The notes beneath the pieces were generated by a model. That model did no database searches. It was not told the DNA's origin and saw nothing but the letters and a program-made list of their open reading frames with translations. A DNA stretch of 64,000 nt from an uncultured Planctomycetales bacterium (GTDB lineage Bacteria; Planctomycetota; UBA1135; JACQFD01): contig CAZJHD010000015.1 in assembly GCA_964545855.1 (NCBI GenBank), positions 9,087 to 73,086 of the forward strand. Direction: 5' to 3'. This document shows positions 58,116 to 64,000 of the stretch, one piece after another (positions within the stretch are counted from its first letter, which is position 1; every line of letters begins with the position of its first letter). A program made the translations under genes and the position numbers.

Positions 58116-58858
58116 GTGCGCTCCCACAGCTCGCGCGCCACGATCGCGAGCAGGCGCGACGGCTCCGCGAGCAGAGTGAAGTGGTCGCCCGGCAAGCGCT
58201 CGACACGCGAGGTCGGGGCACCGAGCCCGCGCCAGGCGGCGAGGCCCGGGTCGTCGACGGCGGGGTCGCGGTCTCCCGCGATCGCGACGATCGGCACGTC
58301 GAGGGGAGGCTCCTCGCCGTGCGCGTGCGTCTCGGAGAGCGCGAAGTCGGCGCGCAGGATCGGGACGAGGAGACGCATGAGCTCACGGTCGGCGAGCACC
58401 TCCGGCGGCGTGCCGCCGAGCCGGCGCAGATCGGCCAGGAGCTCGGCCTCGGGCAGCGCGTGCGCGTCGCGGCCGCGGCGCGGCACGTGGGGCGCGTTCG
58501 CGCCGGAGACGAGGAGCACGCGCGGCAGCGGCGCGTCGCGGCGGCGCAGCGCGCGCGCGAGCTCGAAGGCGACGAGCGCGCCGAGGCTGTGGCCGTAGAT
58601 CGCGTAGGGACGGTCGAGCCTCGGGAGCACGGCGGGCACGAGCTCCTCGAGGAGCGCGTCGAGCCGCGTGCGCGGCGCCTCGCGCAGGCGCGTCTCGCGT
58701 CCGGGGAGCTGCGCCGCGAGCACGTCGATCTCCGGCGGGAGCCCCTGCCTCCAGAGACGGAACGTCGACGCGCCGGCTCCCGCGTGCGCGAAGCAGAGGA
58801 GCCGAAGGCGCGCGTCCGCGCTCGGGCGCGCGAAGGGGAACCAGGGGTCGGCGGCCAT
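58112..58858 (-). CDS. Type II thioesterase (GrsT/RifR-like)
   Basis: LCFAHAGAGAS, QLPGRETR, YGHSLGA (GxSxG), LRADF, LPGDHF. Confidence 0.93.
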   Translation of the reverse strand: MAADPWFPFARPSADARLRLLCFAHAGAGASTFRLWRQGLPPEIDVLAAQLPGRETRLREAPRTRLDALLEELVPAVLPRLDRPYAIYGHSLGALVAFELARALRRRDAPLPRVLLVSGANAPHVPRRGRDAHALPEAELLADLRRLGGTPPEVLADRELMRLLVPILRADFALSETHAHGEEPPLDVPIVAIAGDRDPAVDDPGLAAWRGLGAPTSRVERLPGDHFTLLAEPSRLLAIVARELWERT

Positions 58859-58869
58859 CGGCGCCCGCG

Positions 58870-59916
58870 CTACCAGCGGAACGCGCGCTTCCCGAGGAGG
58901 AACCCGAGCGCCGTCCAGACGGCGAGCACTCCCATCTCCGGCAGCACGGCCGAGAGGGCCGCGCCCTCGTTCATCACGGCGCGCAGCGCGTCGTTGAGCG
59001 CCGTGAGCGGGAGCGCCTGGATCGCCGGGTGGAAGACCTCGGGGAACCGCTCGTAGGAGTAGAAGCTCCCCGAGAGGAGCCACATGGGCAGCGACACGAA
59101 GTTGAGCCAGCCGTTCGCCGACTCGATCGTGTCGGCGCGCGACGCGACGAAGAGCGCGAGCGTGCCGAAGGCCGACGCGCCGAGGAGGCCGAGCAGCCCG
59201 ACGGCGGCCAGCGATCCGCGGACCTCGATCCCGAAGGCGAGAACGCCGAAGCCGAGGATCGCGCCGAGCTCCGCCACGAGGAAGACGAGGCGCGAGAGGA
59301 AATAGGAGAGGAGCAGGTCCGTCGTGCGCATCGGCGTCGCCGCGAGCCGCTTCAGGAGCTTGCGCTTGCGATGGAGCACGATCGTGTAGCCGATGCCCCA
59401 GAGGCTGCTCATCATCGCGTTGATGCCGAGGAGACCGGGGAACAGGAAGTCGACGTAGCGGCTCCCCGTCTCCGTCACCTCCTCGCGGCCCGACTCCACG
59501 GCGTCGGTGCGGCCGAGGGCGCGCTGCAGGACGTCGTCGGCGAGGATCTGCGCCGCGCGCGCCTCCGGCCGCGTCGGATCGAGGCGGTAGACGACGCGCG
59601 GCGTCTCGCTCGCCGCGTCGGCCGACACGACGAGATCGAGGGCGCCCGTGCGGAGCTTCCGCGCCGCCTCGTCTCCTTCGAGGGGAAGCACCTCGACGGA
59701 TTCGCTCGCGGAGAGCGCGTCGCGGAGCCACGCCGGCTCGCCGGGCGCGACGGCGACGCGCGCGGGCGCGACGGGCTGGCTCCGGAACGCGAGCCCGAGG
59801 ACCACGGCGAGGATCACGGGGAAGCCGAAGGTCCAGAAGACGGCCTCGGGCTCCCGGTAGAACTCGCGGAAGCGCGCCTTCGTGAGCTCCGCGAGGGCGG
59901 CGAAACGCTCAGGCAT
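58870..59916 (-). CDS. ABC-2 exporter permease
   Basis: REPEAVFWTFGFP, RYVDFLFPGLLG, KRLAATP, LPLTALNDALR. Confidence 0.92.
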   Translation of the reverse strand: MPERFAALAELTKARFREFYREPEAVFWTFGFPVILAVVLGLAFRSQPVAPARVAVAPGEPAWLRDALSASESVEVLPLEGDEAARKLRTGALDLVVSADAASETPRVVYRLDPTRPEARAAQILADDVLQRALGRTDAVESGREEVTETGSRYVDFLFPGLLGINAMMSSLWGIGYTIVLHRKRKLLKRLAATPMRTTDLLLSYFLSRLVFLVAELGAILGFGVLAFGIEVRGSLAAVGLLGLLGASAFGTLALFVASRADTIESANGWLNFVSLPMWLLSGSFYSYERFPEVFHPAIQALPLTALNDALRAVMNEGAALSAVLPEMGVLAVWTALGFLLGKRAFRW

Positions 59917-60844
59917 CCTCGAGCCCCTTCCCCGTGAGCCGGAGGAACACGTCGTCGAGCGTCGCCTGATGCGTCCCCACGGTGAGGAGCTTGCGCCCTT
60001 GCCGGTCGAGCTCCGCGAGGACCGCCGGAAGGGCGACGCGCAGCTCCGACACGTGGAGCACGGTGCGTTCGCCGTGGCGCGTCGTCGCCTGCACGGCGGG
60101 GAGCGCCTCGAGGGCCGCGGCGTCGGGCGCGCCCTCCGTCTCCACCTCGATCACCTCGAGCGCGCCGAGCGACGCCACGAGCTCGCGCGGCGTGCCGCGC
60201 GCGATCACGCGCCCGCGGTCGACGATCGCCAGGCGGTCGCAGAGACGCGCCGCCTCCTCCATGGAGTGGGTCGTGAGGATCACGGTGCCACCGCGTCCCT
60301 GGAACGCGTGGATCACGCTCCAGAGCTCCGTGCGCGCCCGCGGATCGAGACCCGTCGACGGCTCGTCGAGGAAGAGGATCTCGGGGTCGCTCACCAGCGC
60401 GCAGGCGAGCGCGAGGCGCTGCTTCTGCCCGCCGGAGAGCGTGCCGACGCGCGCGGCCCGCTTCGGCGCGAGGTCGAGCGCGTCGATCACCTCGCCGGGC
60501 GCGCGTCCCTCGCGGTAGAGCGAGCGGAAGAGCCGCACCACCTCCTCCACCGTGAGCTTCTCGGAGAACTCCGTCTCCTGGAGCTGCACGCCGAGACGCT
60601 CGCGGAGCCCGCGGTCGTCGCCGTTCCCCCAGCGGCGGCCGAGCACCTCGACGTCGCCGCCGTCGGACGGCAGCAGGCCGATCAGCACCTCGACGGTCGT
60701 CGTCTTCCCCGCGCCGTTGGGCCCAAGCAGACCGAAGCACTCTCCTCGACGCACGTCGAGGTCGATGCCGTCGACGGCCGTGAAGTCGCCGTAGCGCTTC
60801 ACGAGGCCGGCGACGCGGACGGCGAACTCGGAGGGAGAATCCAT
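59909..60844 (-). CDS. ABC exporter ATP-binding protein (DrrA/NodI-like)
   Basis: GPNGAGKTT, LSGGQKQ, ILFLDEP, TTH; start MDSPSEF. Confidence 0.95.
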   Translation of the reverse strand: MDSPSEFAVRVAGLVKRYGDFTAVDGIDLDVRRGECFGLLGPNGAGKTTTVEVLIGLLPSDGGDVEVLGRRWGNGDDRGLRERLGVQLQETEFSEKLTVEEVVRLFRSLYREGRAPGEVIDALDLAPKRAARVGTLSGGQKQRLALACALVSDPEILFLDEPSTGLDPRARTELWSVIHAFQGRGGTVILTTHSMEEAARLCDRLAIVDRGRVIARGTPRELVASLGALEVIEVETEGAPDAAALEALPAVQATTRHGERTVLHVSELRVALPAVLAELDRQGRKLLTVGTHQATLDDVFLRLTGKGLEDA

Positions 60845-60957
60845 GGAGCGCGGCCGAGTCTGGCGTCGCATGCGCGCCCCGAACAGGGACCGCCGCTCGT
60901 GCGCCGGTCGCGGAGCAAGGGGTGCCCCGCGGCGCACTACTTGGCTACCCTCCGCCC

Positions 60958-62235
60958 ATGAGAAGGAATCGCACGCATGTGTTCGTCGTGCTGTCGATGG
61001 CGCTGGCCCTCGTCGCCTGCGGCTCGCGGCGCCACGTGATGCCGAACACGGGCATCCGGCTCGGCGCGGATCGGCTCGTCGTGTCGCGGGCGGCCGACCG
61101 CGACGTGGTCTCGGCCGCGCCCACGGATGCGGGCGCCGAGGCGCGCGCGGCCATGCACCTCGGCGCGGCGGCGACGCCCGCCGCGATCCCCGCCGCGATC
61201 GGCGCGGGCTTCTCCGACAAGCTCCTCGCGCAGGCGGCGAAGATCGCGGCGCGCATCGCCGACCGGAAGCTCGCCAGCCTGCAAGGAGACCTCGAGGCCG
61301 ACGTGAGCCTCGTCGGCGCCGCCGAGACGGTGGGCGTCCCGAGCGGAACGGTCGGGAGCTACGTGCTGCGCCGCGTCGTCCTCGTGCCGAGCGACGGCCT
61401 GCCGTCGCCCAGCCCCTCGGCGCCCGTCGATCCGTCGCTCTGGGAGCGCGTCCGCTTCCGGTTCGGCGAGCGCGACGACTTCCCCTTCGGCGCGAAGCTG
61501 TGGGCCGGCTTCCTCGCGCAGCTCGCGAGCTCGAGCGACGAGTACCGGATCCCGGCGGGCGCCGCGGGCGATGGGGCGTCCGTCGACGGCTGGCTCGAGA
61601 GCAACGGGCGCCGGTTCGTCCAGCTCACGACGCATCAGGTCGATCTCGACCTCCGCTCCTCGAAGGACGGCCGCGACCTGCGGGTGGAAGGCGGGCGTCT
61701 GCGCGTCTTCTTCTCCCTGGCGGCGCTGCCGCGATGGGACGAGGTCCTCGAGCGGCTCGACGAGCTTCGGACGACGAGCCGGCCGAACGGCTCCGAGACG
61801 AGCCCGGTGATCGAGAAGATCCGCACGCTGCGCACCGGCCTCGCGGACCGGCTCGCCGAACGCATCCGCGAGGAGTTCGCGCTCCGCGTGGGCGTGGCGA
61901 TCCGCTTCGTCTGGAACGACCCGCAGCTCGGCCGCCAGGAGCGCGTCGTGAGCGCCGGCGTGCGCAACGTCTGGCCCATCGAGACGGAGGCGCTCCTCGA
62001 CGCCGACGCGCCGGAGCACGCACGCGCCAACTACCCGGCGGCGCACTCCGACGACACGCGCTACCTCGTGGCGCCGGCCTACGAGCTCGAGTTCCGCGAC
62101 GCGGAGTGGATGCCGATCCAGGGCGCCAACTGCACGATCGAGCTGCGGCTGCTCGAGACGAGCAAGGCGGCGCAGCTCGTCGAGAAGCTGCGCGAGTACT
62201 TGGCCGACTGGTCCGAGAAAGCGTCGCGGAAGTGA
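60958..62235 (+). CDS. Hypothetical lipoprotein
   Basis: Start MRRNRTH; lipobox LVAC; strong codon bias; GTGA-coupled to the next gene. Confidence 0.78.
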   Translation: MRRNRTHVFVVLSMALALVACGSRRHVMPNTGIRLGADRLVVSRAADRDVVSAAPTDAGAEARAAMHLGAAATPAAIPAAIGAGFSDKLLAQAAKIAARIADRKLASLQGDLEADVSLVGAAETVGVPSGTVGSYVLRRVVLVPSDGLPSPSPSAPVDPSLWERVRFRFGERDDFPFGAKLWAGFLAQLASSSDEYRIPAGAAGDGASVDGWLESNGRRFVQLTTHQVDLDLRSSKDGRDLRVEGGRLRVFFSLAALPRWDEVLERLDELRTTSRPNGSETSPVIEKIRTLRTGLADRLAERIREEFALRVGVAIRFVWNDPQLGRQERVVSAGVRNVWPIETEALLDADAPEHARANYPAAHSDDTRYLVAPAYELEFRDAEWMPIQGANCTIELRLLETSKAAQLVEKLREYLADWSEKASRK

Positions 62236-62831
62236 GAAGGGAGCACCTCGCGATTCCCCTGCTGTCCGGCCTTCTCGCCGCGGCCGCCGCGCCCGCGGCC
62301 GGCGCGGCCGGTCTCGCCGACCTCCTGCCGCCGGGCCACAGGTCGGTGGTCCACGAGATCGTGGTGCTCGCGGATCCGGCTCTCGAAGACCTGCAGCTCG
62401 TGGCCGCTCCGTACCCGGGCTTCGCCGGCGTGGTGCCCGTCGAGCCTGGTGTCCCCTTCCGCTTCTCGTCGAAGTACGGGACGCGCCTCTACGGCCTGCC
62501 GCGGGGCGCGGAAGTCCCCGATCGATTCGCGCCCGAGTCGTTCCCGCCCGAATGCGTTCTGATGGGGCCCTTCGCCGAAGTCGCGTCGGCGCCGGCGCTG
62601 AGCCCGCTCGCGCGCGTGCTCACGACCTACCGAGTCGAAGGCTCCGAGGGAGGGAAGCCGCGGTTCGTGCTCGCCGGCGAGACCCGATTCGGACCGGGAG
62701 GCGTGGAACTCTCGCTGTCGGCGCTGCTGCCCTGGCTGCTCGGCCTCGCGGCGATCGGAGTCGCGGGGCTCCTCCTCGTCGCGCGCTGGCGGCGGCGCGG
62801 CACGACGCGTTCGGGCAGTGCGACGGCGTAG
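62232..62831 (+). CDS. Secreted protein with C-terminal TM anchor and Arg cluster
   Basis: Signal peptide ending GLA-DLLPPG; C-terminus LLPWLLGLAAIGVAGLLLVA-RWRRRG. Confidence 0.75.
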   Translation: MRREHLAIPLLSGLLAAAAAPAAGAAGLADLLPPGHRSVVHEIVVLADPALEDLQLVAAPYPGFAGVVPVEPGVPFRFSSKYGTRLYGLPRGAEVPDRFAPESFPPECVLMGPFAEVASAPALSPLARVLTTYRVEGSEGGKPRFVLAGETRFGPGGVELSLSALLPWLLGLAAIGVAGLLLVARWRRRGTTRSGSATA

Positions 62832-62837
62832 TGTCCC

Positions 62838-63185
62838 GTGGAGGATCTCGGCGGGTACCTGCAGCTGCTCGGAGCGACGCTCCTCGTCGAGGCCCTGGTC
62901 ACCGCGCTCGCCGCGGGCTACGGCTCGCGGCGGTTCGCGATCGCGACGTCGGTCTGTGGGAATCTCCTCACCCATCCCGCCGCCTGGCTGCTCCTCGCGG
63001 CGCTGCGCGCGTCGGCCGTGCCCTTCGTTCTCGTGGAAGTGGCCGTGACGGCGGCGGAGGCCGCGCTCCAGCGCGGCGTCGCCGGCCTCTCCTGGAAGCG
63101 CGCCGTCCTGGTGTCCGTCGCCGCGAACGGCGCGACGGCGCTCGGCTCGCTCGCATTCTCCGGCGGCCGCGTCGTCCTCAGTTGA
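62838..63185 (+). CDS. Small 4-TM membrane protein
   Basis: Hydrophobic with intramembrane polar motifs TLLVE, NLLTHP, VEVAVTAAE, SVAAN; 6 nt after the previous stop. Confidence 0.72.
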   Translation: MEDLGGYLQLLGATLLVEALVTALAAGYGSRRFAIATSVCGNLLTHPAAWLLLAALRASAVPFVLVEVAVTAAEAALQRGVAGLSWKRAVLVSVAANGATALGSLAFSGGRVVLS

Positions 63186-63999
63186 CGCTCCGCTCTCGCC
63201 CCTCCCAGTAGGGCGCGCGGAGCTTCGACTTCTGGATCTTCCCGCTCGGCGTGCGCGGGAGCGCGTCGACGAAGTCGAAGGACCGCGGCAGCTTGAAGTC
63301 GGCGAGCTGCGGCCGCGCGAAGGCGAGGAGCTCGCGCGCCGTCGCCTTCGCGCCGGGCTTCAGGACGAGGAGCGCCTTCACCTGCTCGCCCCAGCGTTCG
63401 TCGGGGATGCCGATCACGGCCGCCTCGGCGACGGCCGGATGGCCGCAGAGCACGCTCTCGATCTCCGCGGGATACACGTTCTCTCCCGCCGTGCAGATCA
63501 TGTCCTTCACGCGGTCGGAGACGAACAGGAAGCCCTCCTCGTCGAGGAAGCCCGCGTCGCCGGTGTGGACCCACCCGTCGCGCAGCGTCTCCGCCGTGGC
63601 GTCGGGCCGCTTCCAGTAGCCGAGCATGTTGGCCGGCGAGTGGATCCTGATCTCGCCGACGGCGCGCGGCGGCAGCGCGCGGCCCTGCGCGTCGATCACC
63701 TCGACGCGCACGCCGGGGTAGGGCCTCCCCGCGGCGCGCAGCAGCTCCTCGCGGGGCGCGCGGTGGTCGTCGGGGCGCAGGCACACGGCCGTGTTCCCGG
63801 TCTCCGTGAGACCGTAGATCTGCGCGAAGCCGCATCCGAAGCGTTCCATCGCCGCGCGCAGGAGCGGCGTCGGGATCGGCGAGCCGCCGTAGACGACGTG
63901 CGTGAGGGACGAGAGGTCGGCCGTCTTCGCCGTCGGCTCGGCGAGCATCATCTGCAGCATCGCCGGCACGGCGCACATCTTGGTCACGCGATGGCGCGC
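63178..63999 (-). CDS. Long-chain fatty acid--CoA ligase / AMP-binding enzyme (5' part outside window)
   Basis: VYGGSP, QIYGLTE, WVHTGD, DRVKDMI, NVYPAEIE, PSGKIQK; frame is open to the window end. Confidence 0.92.
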   Translation of the reverse strand, partial: ARHRVTKMCAVPAMLQMMLAEPTAKTADLSSLTHVVYGGSPIPTPLLRAAMERFGCGFAQIYGLTETGNTAVCLRPDDHRAPREELLRAAGRPYPGVRVEVIDAQGRALPPRAVGEIRIHSPANMLGYWKRPDATAETLRDGWVHTGDAGFLDEEGFLFVSDRVKDMICTAGENVYPAEIESVLCGHPAVAEAAVIGIPDERWGEQVKALLVLKPGAKATARELLAFARPQLADFKLPRSFDFVDALPRTPSGKIQKSKLRAPYWEGRERSVN

Positions 64000-64000
64000 G

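Noticed and set aside
63178-63999. AMP-binding ORF as an NRPS adenylation domain
   Set aside because: Motifs (GYWKRPDAT...WVHTGD...DMICTAGENVYPAEIE) are of fatty acyl-CoA ligase type and the protein ends without a carrier domain.

Overview
Very GC-rich, gene-dense chromosomal window from a diderm bacterium, most likely an uncultured Planctomycetota. This is inferred from a PVC-type heme-binding dehydrogenase, multiheme-TPR and SGNH-TPR proteins, FG-GAP proteins, and LpxL-, RseB- and AsmA-like envelope genes. I count about 56 CDS (two cut by the window edges), one tRNA-Arg(CCG) and one multiply frameshifted gene remnant. I saw no rRNA, CRISPR array, transposase or integrase. Recognisable modules: an ABC-2/FG-GAP/SDR operon; an S8 protease; an SGNH-TPR/APC/heptaheme/esterase block; a diiron ferritin-like/LpxL-like/extended-SDR/DUF962 block; a HAD-MoxR-split NAD synthetase operon; rpoE-antisigma-rseB followed by a HEAT gene; a 1.6-kaa ThuA/dehydrogenase/cytochrome c fusion; panD; an AsmA/DUF748 giant with a coupled lipoprotein; and PPTase, type II thioesterase, ABC exporter and acyl-CoA ligase genes with no synthase in view. 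Best candidates for undescribed systems: (i) a similar C-terminal domain on two unrelated secreted proteins, possibly a lineage-specific sorting signal; (ii) an acyl-activation, export and AsmA-bridge locus at 49-64 kb; (iii) a tandem pair of small paralogous orphan proteins; (iv) a tail-anchored protein with a small membrane protein carrying intramembrane polar residues, possibly a sorting pair; (v) a diiron/acyltransferase lipid-tailoring block. All family calls come from motif recognition by eye. No searches were run, and several start codons are my own choice within longer ORF-track frames.
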